Shown: positions 18,382-28,217, counted from the stretch's first letter. The stretch is 64,000 nt of DNA from an uncultured virus (IMG/VR IMGVR_UViG_3300002072_000002) (IMGVR_UViG_3300002072_000002), one strand, 5' to 3'. The notes: generated by a model not told the origin, from the letters alone. Numbers and translations are program-made.

Positions 18382-19893
18382 CTATACTTTCATTCGCCCG
18401 GCGGGTTCACCCACCCCCGGCAACTGCACCCGTTTGTCTGGTGCCGGCGTTGCGCTCGGGTCTACTGGTGCGTTCGGATCGGCTACTACAGGCGCAACAG
18501 GTTCGGGCTTCGGCTTGATCTCGATCTTCGACAACGCCATCTGGCTCGTGTCGCTCATGCGGCTGAACTCTCTGAGCATCACATCCGACTTCTCCCGCAT
18601 CTCAGGATATTCCTTCAGCCAGGCAGTCATTGCGTTCGACAACGCCGCTCGTGTCTGCGCGTCGCGCAGCTGCTCGGTTGTCGATATGTCAGCCATCTTG
18701 ATGACGTACCGAATGCTGCCCGGGTCGATGCCCTTGAGCAATAACTGCCGGTCGAATATCGCCGCGAGCCCGCGCTTAATCATCATCTGGACCAGCATCA
18801 GGGTGCAGACGAAGTGCTTATCTTCCGCGGAACCGCCACCCTCGGACAACTTCGGGGTCGAACCCTCAAACGGGAAATATCGTTTCGGCAAATGTGATGC
18901 CGTTATCAGCCTGTTCAAGAAATGCTCCAAGTCGGCCAGATTCGACAATTGCGCGTTGCTCGGCTCCATCATCGTGGTTCCACCTCGATTCGACCCGTCG
19001 TCGGGGAGGAAGAACTGTTTTTTGATGCCGGTTGGCGCTTCCCATTTCTCGATCGAGTTGCTCGTCTGATTGAAGTAGTCCATCGTCGTCATCAGGGACT
19101 TGAACTGCTCGATCGCTTCCTGCTTCTGCTGGACCGTGTCGCCGGTGCCGACAGGAACTTTGTGCTCCCATCGCGGACCCATGTTCTCGTATCGTTGAAT
19201 GGCGGTCACATCCTCCGCCATGTTGAGCCGTTTCCAGTTCTTGCGTGCGCAACCAAACAGCGGCGTCCCGAGAAACCCGTCGCATTCTCCAAACGCGAAA
19301 TGCACGATCTCCCAATCCGTAAAGATGATCGGCTGCCCAACACTGGTTTCGAGCCGCTGCTCGTAACCGGGCACTCGGTTGCCGCGCTCATCCATCCGCG
19401 GCCACATCGTATGCTCGGGCAGTTGCTTGAGCCCGGTGATGTTCATCGACTGCGCATCGACCAACAACTCGCGAAACTCGTTTCCGAACTTCACCGAGAA
19501 GCGGGCTATCTGCCAGACCTCGTTCCGCAAATCCGCGCGATATATGAGGTCGGTGATCTCGTGTTGTGCTCGCTTGACTGTCGATTCATCAGCCGGCGAG
19601 TCATAGTTCGCCTCGGATTCAGTCACGGCCTGGAAGATGTCGAGGGTCGGGTCTTCCATCCCGGTTGCCCGATTCGCCATCGCGTCGTGCGAGAATGCGA
19701 CAATCTCATCGGTCTTGTCCATCCGCTCAAGGTCTTTGTGGATCTGAGTCCGCTCATAGGAGACCTGGAACATCTTCGCAAGCATCTCGTACGACGAAGA
19801 AGCCGCGGACCCGCGGCCTGTTGGCGAGGCGCCCTTGAATGCGTCGTAGGCTGCCTTGATCTTCGAGGTAAGATTCGTTGTTGGTAGTCTCAT
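18382..19893 (-). CDS. Portal protein (T4 gp20-like)
   Basis: VKFGNEFREL, WEIVHF, ARKNWKRLNMAEDV and QFFLP motifs; lies between terL and the capsid gene. Confidence 0.85.
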   Translation of the reverse strand: MRLPTTNLTSKIKAAYDAFKGASPTGRGSAASSSYEMLAKMFQVSYERTQIHKDLERMDKTDEIVAFSHDAMANRATGMEDPTLDIFQAVTESEANYDSPADESTVKRAQHEITDLIYRADLRNEVWQIARFSVKFGNEFRELLVDAQSMNITGLKQLPEHTMWPRMDERGNRVPGYEQRLETSVGQPIIFTDWEIVHFAFGECDGFLGTPLFGCARKNWKRLNMAEDVTAIQRYENMGPRWEHKVPVGTGDTVQQKQEAIEQFKSLMTTMDYFNQTSNSIEKWEAPTGIKKQFFLPDDGSNRGGTTMMEPSNAQLSNLADLEHFLNRLITASHLPKRYFPFEGSTPKLSEGGGSAEDKHFVCTLMLVQMMIKRGLAAIFDRQLLLKGIDPGSIRYVIKMADISTTEQLRDAQTRAALSNAMTAWLKEYPEMREKSDVMLREFSRMSDTSQMALSKIEIKPKPEPVAPVVADPNAPVDPSATPAPDKRVQLPGVGEPAGRMKV

Positions 19894-21533
19894 GCCGAAC
19901 TCATCACGTGCGAATAATCGGATGCAAATGTATCGACCGTATCTATGAATGCCAGACACATGGCGTCGAAGTCGTCAGGAGACCGACCGATCTTTTTCCT
20001 GATGACTTCTTTCTCGGAATAGTTCAGCTTTCCTCTGCTGTCTGGCGTTATCTCTATCGCCGCGACATCGACCTCGAAATCGGCCACTTCAGCACCCAGC
20101 CGGGTTAAATCAATCTGCTCGCTTTTGAATCTTTCGGCCAATCCGAACGCAAGTTCCGCCCTTTGCGTCGAGTAGGTATCGCGGTTCAAACCTTTTTCGC
20201 TTACCTGTACAGCCAATACGCGATCGCAATGTATATCTCCTTCATCGCGCATGTGCTGAAGTCGTGCCGCAATACCCGACCCCATGCCTATCGCGTCGAT
20301 GGCGACTGTCCCAACCGGGATCGCGGCGGCAACGTAGGAATTGATCATCAACGCGAGTTTTCTGCTTGAATCCTCTGGGTCGTAGCCCTTCCACCGGACT
20401 CGCTTCAGGACCGATTGGCCGCGCCGAGCATAGCAAACCGTGTAGTCCCCGCCCTTGCCTGCAACGTCCATCCCGATGTCAACGGGGATGTTTGTGTCAA
20501 TGTCCTGCCGATTGTTCTTAGCGACCTCCATCAGATATATCGGAATCAGCGTTTCTTCGCCTTCGCGCGGGAACTCGCCCATCCTGCGGCAGAGGAAGAT
20601 GTTGTCCGGCCGATGCCATTCGCCACTGCCGCGCGGATACTCGAAGTCCTGCGGCTCGCGCTCGTCGCCAGGTCCGAGATCCTGGCAGTGCGATTGAATA
20701 TCGCGTTCGACGGCTTCGCGGCTGACCCCGCCGGGGATTATGTCTTTGCCTGTCAGGACATTCGGATGATCGAGTGCGCTCAGGGTTATCTTGTGCCAGG
20801 GCGAATCGGCACCAAATGCCTCGAAAAATGGGCCACTCGGATTTGTCGGGTTGCCCATGAGGATGATAATATTGCCGGTTGCACTCGCCATTTGCTCGAA
20901 GCCGTCCAAAACCCATGCCGCCAGGCCGGGGCCTTCGTCGCCGATCCCCATGAAGTTTTTGTGATGGTCGCCCTTGAATCGCTCTCGGTGGTTTGTCGCG
21001 ATGCCCTTCGCGTAGTTCAGCGCTTCAAGGTGCCATTCAGGGTCGGAAGGCTTCATCCCGCGAACGTCGATGCCGGCACCGCGCTTGTTTGCTTGCTTGA
21101 TCTGGTCGCGGATCTCCTGCCAAATCTGACCTTTGACCTGCGCTTCAGACGGCGCGCTGGTAATCACGATGCTGGATGTGGGCGCGACTTTGTAGTAGAT
21201 GATAAGGCTGGCGACACCCTGCGTTTTGCCTGTCGAGTTGGCGCCCTTAACGACTATCCGCGTATGCCCTCGCGCCACTGCGTCGAGGATCTTTTTCTGG
21301 TCTGGCGTTGTCGTGATACCGAGGACTTCCGACACGAATTTCTCCGGGAACCCCCAGTATTTGCCGTATTCGGAATCAGTCGGGTCCGTCGAGTAGTAGA
21401 GTCTCTCCTCCATCCTCGTCGCCGCCTCGATCGCTATGTCCAGTTCCTCCGAACTCATCTCCGCCAAGGGCTTTGGCAGCAGATCGAGCAGTTGTTGCGG
21501 CAATGTTTCTGAGGAGCTTGGTTGTGAGGACAT
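19890..21533 (-). CDS. terL: Terminase large subunit
   Basis: Walker A GANSTGKT, Walker B GDEG, GNP motif, RNase H GMDVAGKGGD and SPDDFDA. The start may be 21458. Confidence 0.93.
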   Translation of the reverse strand: MSSQPSSSETLPQQLLDLLPKPLAEMSSEELDIAIEAATRMEERLYYSTDPTDSEYGKYWGFPEKFVSEVLGITTTPDQKKILDAVARGHTRIVVKGANSTGKTQGVASLIIYYKVAPTSSIVITSAPSEAQVKGQIWQEIRDQIKQANKRGAGIDVRGMKPSDPEWHLEALNYAKGIATNHRERFKGDHHKNFMGIGDEGPGLAAWVLDGFEQMASATGNIIILMGNPTNPSGPFFEAFGADSPWHKITLSALDHPNVLTGKDIIPGGVSREAVERDIQSHCQDLGPGDEREPQDFEYPRGSGEWHRPDNIFLCRRMGEFPREGEETLIPIYLMEVAKNNRQDIDTNIPVDIGMDVAGKGGDYTVCYARRGQSVLKRVRWKGYDPEDSSRKLALMINSYVAAAIPVGTVAIDAIGMGSGIAARLQHMRDEGDIHCDRVLAVQVSEKGLNRDTYSTQRAELAFGLAERFKSEQIDLTRLGAEVADFEVDVAAIEITPDSRGKLNYSEKEVIRKKIGRSPDDFDAMCLAFIDTVDTFASDYSHVMSSA

Positions 21534-22065
21534 TGATCTTACCCTCTCTTTCGCGATCTGTGAGCGGTTGTTCGAGTTCGGTTGCCTGGTCCGCCATGTC
21601 CTTCACGATCTTGAGGATGCCCCGCAGGTTGGCGTCGAGGCTTATGTCCTCTGGCTTAATCTGCTCGATGCAGGCAATAACCTTGTCGAGAAAGACGTTG
21701 TTGAGCATCCGCACTTTTTGGGTGTATTCTTTGACCCCCACGCGAGTCGCGAGGTTGCCGGGGTTGTTGGCGTAATCGTCGTATGCCTCTGTCCGCGACT
21801 CCCAATCATAAGCCTTGATCCACCCAGTTATTTGCTGCGGCAGGCGGTCGATCTTCTTCGCCAGGTCCGTCTGCATCCGGGCGAGTTTGCCGTCTCCGCC
21901 GATGTGCGTCGGCATGTCAAGCCATTCCACAAACGCGCCGAATGCGAGATCTGTTTCGTTGGACAATTGCTCCCACGGGAATCGGTCGATGTATTCGGCG
22001 CGAGTCCGGTGGGCCTTTTGCGCTTCCAAGAATACGGCGCGGCGGGGTTTTCTTCCAAGTGGCAT
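21376..22065 (-). CDS. Terminase small subunit (putative)
   Basis: PWEQLSNETDLAFGAF...W...YDWESRTEAYD pattern, immediately upstream of terL. Confidence 0.7.
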   Translation of the reverse strand: MPLGRKPRRAVFLEAQKAHRTRAEYIDRFPWEQLSNETDLAFGAFVEWLDMPTHIGGDGKLARMQTDLAKKIDRLPQQITGWIKAYDWESRTEAYDDYANNPGNLATRVGVKEYTQKVRMLNNVFLDKVIACIEQIKPEDISLDANLRGILKIVKDMADQATELEQPLTDREREGKINVLTTKLLRNIAATTARSAAKALGGDEFGGTGHSDRGGDEDGGETLLLDGPD

Positions 22066-22286
22066 TATTGTGTCATCACCTGCGCGGGACGCTCGACGAA
22101 CAGGACAAACCGCGCCTTGGTTTCGATCATGTCGTCGCCGTTGAGTGGCTCGGCGTATATCTTGCCGTCGAGGTATTCCTTGATCTCTGCCCGCTTGCCG
22201 ATGCCTCTGCCAACCTGGACGGTCACTAAGTCGCCAATCTGGAGACTCTTGGTTCCGGTGAGATCCATGCCCACGATCTTTGCCAT
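22065..22286 (-). CDS. Small hypothetical protein (SH3/KOW-like)
   Basis: First ORF after the late promoter; LQIGDLVTV. Confidence 0.55.
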   Translation of the reverse strand: MAKIVGMDLTGTKSLQIGDLVTVQVGRGIGKRAEIKEYLDGKIYAEPLNGDDMIETKARFVLFVERPAQVMTQ

Positions 22287-22315
22287 AATGAGTGCCCCCT
22301 CGCCCTGTAATTCCC

Positions 22316-22344
22316 ATTATGCGGCAAGAATCCCTCTTTGTCAA
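22316..22344 (-). promoter_or_regulatory. Sigma70-type promoter of the packaging/structural operon
   Basis: TTGACA-N17-CATAAT. Confidence 0.8.
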
Positions 22345-22508
22345 ACGCGATTCAGGGCCGCCCCACCACTGGTAGCGACCCTGAATCTTGTTGTTGGTTG
22401 CTTCTTCAAATCATTTGCGGATCGATGCCGCGTTCGGAATCACATAAGCATTATATCGCCTGTCAATCTGCTTGGCAACTCGGCCCCATGTCTGTCACGC
22501 CGCGCCGG

Positions 22509-23174
22509 TCACGCCTCGCATATCACGCAGGCGCGTTCTTTGCATTCGGGGAACATATCCACCTGGTCGGCCTCGCGTAGATCGCGGAGGCCGTAGCCGC
22601 GCATCCACGTATGCTTGCTAGGACTATTCGCGCAAGATTCTTCCTCCCACTGTTCCGCCGCCCGGTAGAGATCGGGGTGGTTTGTCCACAGCCCGCGCCA
22701 ATCCCGCACCCGCTGGAACGGGCAGCAAAAGCACGAGCAAGAGCTACGCCACTTGTAACACGGGTTTAGGAGGTCGGCGGCCTCTACGAGCTTTCGCGCC
22801 TCGGCTTTGGTGATTCCCGCATCAACAAGCGGCCTCGGCTTGTTGGGCATCCTGTGGGCTTCATCAGCGCAGATACCAAGGAGTAGATCANGGAACGCCT
22901 CAAGCGGCTTGAGTTTGAGTTCGCGCGTACACCACCGGACTTGCATTGACGGCAGCAGGTAGCCGAACGCGGCTACCTGCTGGAAGAACGTCGGCCCGCT
23001 AACTACGTTGAGCTTCACGCCCAACGCCCTCACCACCCTCGGTATAATCCAGTAGGTCTCCGGCAGTTCCGCGCCCGTATCGGCGAAGACAAGCTCGAAC
23101 TCCTCGCCTTTGTCCTTGAGATAGATCGCCAGCGCGGTCGAGTCGCATCCCCCGCTGAAGCTTACGTATTGCAT
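22509..23174 (-). CDS. PAPS-reductase family (PP-loop) protein
   Basis: SFSGGCDS, FADTGAELPETY, RWCTRELK and SCSCFCCPFQ motifs. Confidence 0.88.
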   Translation of the reverse strand: MQYVSFSGGCDSTALAIYLKDKGEEFELVFADTGAELPETYWIIPRVVRALGVKLNVVSGPTFFQQVAAFGYLLPSMQVRWCTRELKLKPLEAFXDLLLGICADEAHRMPNKPRPLVDAGITKAEARKLVEAADLLNPCYKWRSSCSCFCCPFQRVRDWRGLWTNHPDLYRAAEQWEEESCANSPSKHTWMRGYGLRDLREADQVDMFPECKERACVICEA

Positions 23175-23370
23175 TCGTGTCCCTCATCCTCGTAATAGTA
23201 GGTTCCGCATACCGAACACCACAGCACGTCGTCGAAGTCCTCGTGTCCGCACTCAGGACAACACGCTCGCGGCTCATACATCGGCGGGTCGCTGGAAACT
23301 TGCTCCATCTTGGAGCCAAGTTCGGTGTCCTCCACGACCTTGCCGCACTTCTCACATTTGCAGTAACTCA
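23162..23370 (-). CDS. Small Cys-rich (zinc-ribbon) protein
   Basis: MSYCKCEKCG...CPECG...CSVCG; GGAGG RBS. Confidence 0.55.
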
Positions 23371-23402
23371 TTTCGATACCTCCTATATTGTCGCCGCGCC
23401 GG

Positions 23403-24021
23403 TCACGCGGGGTCGAGCGCGAGCACGTGCTGGGCGAGCACGTCCTGAATCCGCTTCGCCGCGATCTCCGCCCAATGCTCATCGCGTTCTATGCCAATGA
23501 ATCCACGCCCGGTCTGTACGCAAGCTACACCCGTTGTGCCACTGCCCATGTAGGAGTCAAGCACGACACCATTGTCCACGGAGAATCCGCGAACGAGCTT
23601 CCGCATCAATGCTATCGGCTTCTGCGACGGATGTTCCGTAAACACGTCACGCGCAAAAACTCGCCGCGACCGTTGAGTTTATGAGATAGTATCGGTATAC
23701 GTTGTAGTTGTGGTGGCCATTGCGCTCGAATATCCGCTCGTATTGAGACCCAGCGCCGGACTTCTTATCCCAGATATGGATAGCCGAATAGTCGAGCGGG
23801 AAGTCCACCTTTGCGCTCCAGAATATCAGTTGCCTACACGGATATGCTTCGAGCCAGCGTATATCAGCCTTGCCGTATAGTTCAACATGGTAGTCAGGGT
23901 AAGGTGGGTCGGTTATGATGCAATCCATGCTACCCGGCTTGAGCGTCGGCAAGACATCCTCGCACTTTCCGTGGTACAGCGTCACCCGCCCATCGCCTGA
24001 CTCGAAATAGGGTCTAATCAT
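23403..24021 (-). CDS. N6/N4 DNA methyltransferase (beta class), split by a 1-nt frameshift near 23655
   Basis: DPPY in the 5' part; HPSQKP...VLDSYMGSGTT...GIE in the 3' part. Removing one T of a T5 run fuses them (...ASFARDVFTEHP...). Confidence 0.85.
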
Positions 24022-24192
24022 CCTGCCGCGCCTTCTTCGCCTTCCCGCCCATCGCCGCGATCTCGATTGTGAACATATCAGCCTCCTTGCCGATCTTCGC
24101 ACCTGGGGTCTGTCTCAGTGATTCTCCCGTGAATTCGCGCGTCCGATCGAGACTAAACCCCATGTGCCGAGACCGACCTCGGCAATTCTCCA

Positions 24193-24666
24193 TCAGACCT
24201 TCTTCTTGTGCGACCGCCCATCCGACGGGCGAGCCAACGGGTCCTTGACGAAGTGGTTCGTGTCGGGGTCTTTCAGTGCGACCACGAAGCGGTAACGCCC
24301 CATCCGCCGTTCCGCGATCAACTTCTGCAAGAGATTCATGAAGCGAGCCTGCCAGAGCCTCGGCATCCGCGCGATTGCGGGCCGAGGGATAACGAGGTAC
24401 TCCGAATAAGCCAGACTGCCGACCCGCCAAGCCTCCGGGCCGAGAACCGTCCGGCTGGCCGGCGAGTCGCTCGGACACTGGGTCTCCTCGACGATCGCCG
24501 CCCATTTATCCAAAAGACCGAGTTTGGCGGCGGCGCATTCGAGTTGCGCGTCATAGACATCGCGAGCGCGACCCCTCCGATCTAACCTTGCGGCGATGAT
24601 ATAACCCGCCGCGCCGGCCATGCAAGCCAGCACACAAACGAGAACTGTGAACTGCATTTTGTCCAT
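24193..24666 (-). CDS. Hypothetical membrane-anchored protein
   Basis: N-terminal TM helix; LAYSEYLVIPRPAIARMPRLWQARF motif. Confidence 0.55.
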   Translation of the reverse strand: MDKMQFTVLVCVLACMAGAAGYIIAARLDRRGRARDVYDAQLECAAAKLGLLDKWAAIVEETQCPSDSPASRTVLGPEAWRVGSLAYSEYLVIPRPAIARMPRLWQARFMNLLQKLIAERRMGRYRFVVALKDPDTNHFVKDPLARPSDGRSHKKKV

Positions 24667-24703
24667 TTGATTGCCCCTTTCCTGGCTGGGGTTGCCAGCC
24701 AAA

Positions 24704-26047
24704 TTATTCGAGATTCAGTTGCTTTTCTTTCGATCGCTCTTTGATCGCGTGTTCGATGCGACCTTTCGCGATCTCCAGTGAGTGTTCGTCGGCGTCGATT
24801 CCTACCGCGCAGAATCCTTCATGAACAGCCGCAACCAACGTGCTGCCACTTCCGCAGAATGGGTCAAGCAGAACCNCATCGGGCGGAGTAACCATTCGGC
24901 AGAGATAGCGCATCAGCTTGATCGGCTTCACGGTCGGATGATCGTTCGGGCTCGGCTGTGTCGTGAACCTGGTCTCCACATCTTTCATATCCTTCGACGG
25001 CTCGGCTGATTGTCCATTGAACACCTTGCTACGTGCTGCCAGATGTTCGAGTCCGGCGTTACGTTCGGCTTTGCTCGCTTTGGCACAGAAATAGTATCGT
25101 GACGGCCCACCTTTGTCGCCGAAACCAGGCTTTTCGTCGCCATAGTGATCTTCGCGATAGCCGCCGCCATAGGCTCCGTCATGACCGGACTTGCCGCCAG
25201 CCGACGTGGTTGCTGGATTTGCGTCGTCGAGTTGAGCGGCAACCTGTTCGTCGATTATCACGTTCGATNGGTAGCGACCGAGAGCGTTTTGTATTCCATC
25301 CGTCGTCGGTTTGCACTTGCCGTATTTGATGCCATCGCCGATCTCTCTACTTCCGAAAGATAAGCGTTCCTCGGTCTCTATCCGGCACCCATCAATGTTC
25401 AAGCATCCCGTTCCCCACTTCAGTAGGTTCTGCGCGATGTTCTTCTCGGACAACGGCTTGCGAGCGAGGCAGATTGGCTCGTTGGCGGGCTTGAGTGCGG
25501 TTTTCCATCCTTGCCATTGCTCCGCTTCTGCCGACCCCGGCTTTCGCGAAACTCCGGGTTTCACATCATTTGGTCGATGCCCCAATTCCAATCGCCGTTT
25601 ATTGATGCCGAAAGTGCCGTCGTGTTCGGTGACGATTTCGCCGGGAGTCTTGAGTTGAGCGTCTATCGCCTTTGCCGCGTCGAGAGCTTTCGGGAATCCT
25701 GTGGCGTAGTTCCACTGGCACATATCTCTGATCTCAAACCCCGCATCCTCTATCGCACAAGCCATTCGGTGATAGGTTCGCGTTCCGCCGAAGCTGAGAA
25801 CATGCCCACCGGGTCGGAGAACGCGCAGCACTTCGGCCCACATCGGAACCGAATAAGCGATCCCGGTGCCATCCCATTTGGCGCCCATGAAAGATATTTC
25901 GTATGGCNGGTCGGTTACAATCGAGCGAAAGAAGTCGGCAGTCAACTCGCGCATGACTGCCTCGCACTTTCCACAGTACAGGACAATGCGCCCGTCGTCG
26001 GACTGCCAATACGGTTCCAGATTGTCTATCAGATCACGAAGCATCAT
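24704..26047 (-). CDS. N6/N4 DNA methyltransferase
   Basis: IVTD(P)PY, ALKPANEPI, HPTVKP and LDPFCGSGST motifs. Confidence 0.92.
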   Translation of the reverse strand: MMLRDLIDNLEPYWQSDDGRIVLYCGKCEAVMRELTADFFRSIVTDXPYEISFMGAKWDGTGIAYSVPMWAEVLRVLRPGGHVLSFGGTRTYHRMACAIEDAGFEIRDMCQWNYATGFPKALDAAKAIDAQLKTPGEIVTEHDGTFGINKRRLELGHRPNDVKPGVSRKPGSAEAEQWQGWKTALKPANEPICLARKPLSEKNIAQNLLKWGTGCLNIDGCRIETEERLSFGSREIGDGIKYGKCKPTTDGIQNALGRYXSNVIIDEQVAAQLDDANPATTSAGGKSGHDGAYGGGYREDHYGDEKPGFGDKGGPSRYYFCAKASKAERNAGLEHLAARSKVFNGQSAEPSKDMKDVETRFTTQPSPNDHPTVKPIKLMRYLCRMVTPPDXVLLDPFCGSGSTLVAAVHEGFCAVGIDADEHSLEIAKGRIEHAIKERSKEKQLNLE

Positions 26048-26078
26048 ACCTCACAAAACAGCGCGCCCGAATCGGCCT

Positions 26079-26250
26079 TTGACTCAACTGTTGGGGAGGT
26101 GACTACTCCCCTCGGCTAAAGCCGGGGGCTTCTAAGATCGGCTAGCCGATCTAGGCTCTGTAGTCCCAGAGCCAAAATGTTGATTGCGGCGTTGGTGTCT
26201 CTATCCAGAGACAGTCCGCACATCGGGCAGTGATGCCACCGCTCTTTGAG
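26079..26250 (-). ncRNA. TnpB omegaRNA: IS200/IS605 right end plus guide
   Basis: Hairpin CCCCCGGCTTTAGCCGAGGGG then AGTAGTCAC end (26099). The putative guide starts CTCCCCAACAGTTGAGTCAA (26098-26079). The 5' limit is approximate. Confidence 0.75.
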
Positions 26251-27237
26251 CGGTTTCTTCGTCCGATAGCCGCACCCTGAGCAATCTTGCGATGTGTAAG
26301 CCGGATTCACGGCAACGATTGTCCGACCGGCGCTTTCAGCCTTGTTGGTCAATACGGTGCGGAACATAGTCCAGCTTGCATCGGAGATTGATTTCGCCAA
26401 GCAGTGATTCGAGAGCATGTTCGTGGTGTTGAGCTTCTCAACTGCCAGCACATCGTTCTCGTTGACGAGCTTTCGGGAAAGTTGATGAACAAAGTTATGC
26501 CGACGATTCTTGATGCGCTCGTGGACACGGGCGACAACCTTTCGGGCTTTCGTTTGTTCTGCGGAACCTTTCGATTGCTTGGACAACTTGCGTTGTGCCT
26601 TAGCAAGAGCCTGCTGCTCTTTGCGAAAAAATCTGGGATTCTCTACAAAGGAGCCATCGGACAGGGCGGCGAACTTCTCAAGCCCAACGTCTATGCCGAC
26701 AGACTGCCCGGTAGTCGGGAGCGGCTCATGTTCGACTTCGCAGGCGAAGCAGACAAACCACTTGTTGTTCTGCCGCCGGATTGTGCAAGCCTTGATTCTT
26801 TTCGGTATCGCGCGATGGAGTTTGATCTTCAGCGTACCGATCTTTGAGAGTTTAAGAGCCCCTTCGGTAACAGCAAATCCAGAGTCGGGAAATGTAAACG
26901 AGTCGTACCAATCGCGACCCTTGTATCGCGGATAACCGGGTTTGTCCCCGGCTTTCACTCTGCGAAAGAACGCTTTGAAAGCGAGATCGACCCGCATCGC
27001 GACGTTGTAGAGGACGTGCGAATTGACTGACTGAAGCTCGGCCCACGTGTCGCGAAATACCGTGAGTCGTCTGCACTGAGTGTAGTAGCCAGGGGTTTTG
27101 CCAGTATGCTCGTAATCTTGCTCTCTATCCGAGAGCAGCCAATTATAGACCTGCCGACAAGTATGAATAGTACTGTCGAGAGATTGTGCCTGCGCCTTGC
27201 TCGGATATATTCTATATTTGTAGCATTTGCGTTCCAC
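26116..27237 (-). CDS. tnpB: RNA-guided endonuclease TnpB (IS200/IS605 family), no TnpA
   Basis: YKYRIYP HTH, RuvC D/E/D intact (GIDVG, AVEKL, DRDTNAA), zinc finger CSGCG/CPMCG. Confidence 0.95.
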   Translation of the reverse strand: MERKCYKYRIYPSKAQAQSLDSTIHTCRQVYNWLLSDREQDYEHTGKTPGYYTQCRRLTVFRDTWAELQSVNSHVLYNVAMRVDLAFKAFFRRVKAGDKPGYPRYKGRDWYDSFTFPDSGFAVTEGALKLSKIGTLKIKLHRAIPKRIKACTIRRQNNKWFVCFACEVEHEPLPTTGQSVGIDVGLEKFAALSDGSFVENPRFFRKEQQALAKAQRKLSKQSKGSAEQTKARKVVARVHERIKNRRHNFVHQLSRKLVNENDVLAVEKLNTTNMLSNHCLAKSISDASWTMFRTVLTNKAESAGRTIVAVNPAYTSQDCSGCGYRTKKPLKERWHHCPMCGLSLDRDTNAAINILALGLQSLDRLADLRSPRL

Positions 27238-27243
27238 CTCTAC

Positions 27244-27299
27244 AATATACCTCCTGGTCGCTACAATGTCAATACCTTTCGGTGGGGTATTATTCCCCA
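27244..27299 (-). promoter_or_regulatory. Promoter with upstream GGGG-N7-CCCC box (copy 1)
   Basis: TGGGGAATAATACCCC-N7-GGTA-TTGACA-N17-TATATT, 6 nt before the tnpB GTG. Confidence 0.8.
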
Positions 27300-27676
27300 T
27301 GATTCATCGACCGCTTATTGTTGGGCTTCCTTCGCCGATCGTCGCGATTGGCGAGCTTCTCGCGTTGCTTGAAACGACGAGGGCGGGTTGTCAGCGCATC
27401 CTCATGGAGCTTTCGGTGGCAACGCTCGCAGAGCGTTATGAGGTCGCTTAGGTGCCGATGCTCACGGCCATGATGTTTGTAGCGTAGGTGGTGAACCTCG
27501 ACCCTGCCGAGCGACCGGCAATGCGCCCTCTGGCAGCGATTCTTGTCGCGCTCCTTGACCAAACGCGAGACCGCGCGCCAATAAGATGTCAGGAGGAACT
27601 CCAAATACGGCAGATCCTTCAGTCGCTTGGATTCCGCGGCGTCGATGTTGACGATCGCCCAAGTCGCCGGGTCCAT
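27290..27676 (-). CDS. HNH endonuclease
   Basis: ERDKNRCQ..C...VHH...LITLCERCHRKLH. Confidence 0.85.
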   Translation of the reverse strand: MDPATWAIVNIDAAESKRLKDLPYLEFLLTSYWRAVSRLVKERDKNRCQRAHCRSLGRVEVHHLRYKHHGREHRHLSDLITLCERCHRKLHEDALTTRPRRFKQREKLANRDDRRRKPNNKRSMNHGE

Positions 27677-28101
27677 CAGTCAGCCTCCGGCAGATCGGCA
27701 AGTTCGTAGACCGGGATGCCGTGATCTCGGGCGAACGCCACTTCGTCGATTGTGCCGGCAGATGCGTGCCAACCGGGGACCAACACCAGTAGGTCGCACC
27801 GGGAGAGTACCTCGATGTCCATGCAAAGCCAGTATTCATCAGGGAGATTGCCAAGCAGTCCGGGTAGGTGGCTGTTCGTGTGCGGCGTAAAAACGCAGTA
27901 CCCCTTCTCTGCAACCGCGACGGCTATTTCGGCGGCCTTGCGGATGTTCGCGTAGACGCCTCGGCGAGTGGCGGCGCGATATGGGCCCGAAATGAAAGCG
28001 AGGGGCAAGTGATCCTCGGTTGGCACCGACCGGCCGACCTGGCACAAGGCCCACAAAAAGATCCACGTTGCGAGAATCAAGGCGACAAACCAGCCGAGCA
28101 T
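27676..28101 (-). CDS. DUF1937/DUF4406-like (nucleoside deoxyribosyltransferase fold) protein
   Basis: FISGPY, FTPHTNS, LSRCDLLVLVPGWHASAGTIDE motifs. Confidence 0.75.
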   Translation of the reverse strand: MLGWFVALILATWIFLWALCQVGRSVPTEDHLPLAFISGPYRAATRRGVYANIRKAAEIAVAVAEKGYCVFTPHTNSHLPGLLGNLPDEYWLCMDIEVLSRCDLLVLVPGWHASAGTIDEVAFARDHGIPVYELADLPEAD

Positions 28102-28121
28102 AATGTTTACCCTCCGCGAAA

Positions 28122-28217
28122 TAGAATAGCAGAAGCTCGGACGTTACGCAAGACTTCGCAATGGGGAGAAATACCCCGCATGCGGTAGTTGACTTCCGCG
28201 TAGCAAGCAAGTATCCT
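28122..28217. promoter_or_regulatory. Divergent promoter pair with GGGG-N7-CCCC box (copy 2)
   Basis: Leftward TTGCGT-N17-TATTCT; box TGGGGAGAAATACCCC at 28162-28177; rightward TTGACT-N17-TATCCT. Confidence 0.65.

Noticed and set aside
15422..22596. Long + strand ORFs opposite the structural genes (also 53798-55336 and 62276-63943)
   Set aside because: Antisense shadows of GC-rich genes with no recognisable motifs.
23640..23662. Frameshift in the N-MTase as programmed or phase variation
   Set aside because: A single extra T in a T5 run within an error-prone consensus; sequencing error is more likely.
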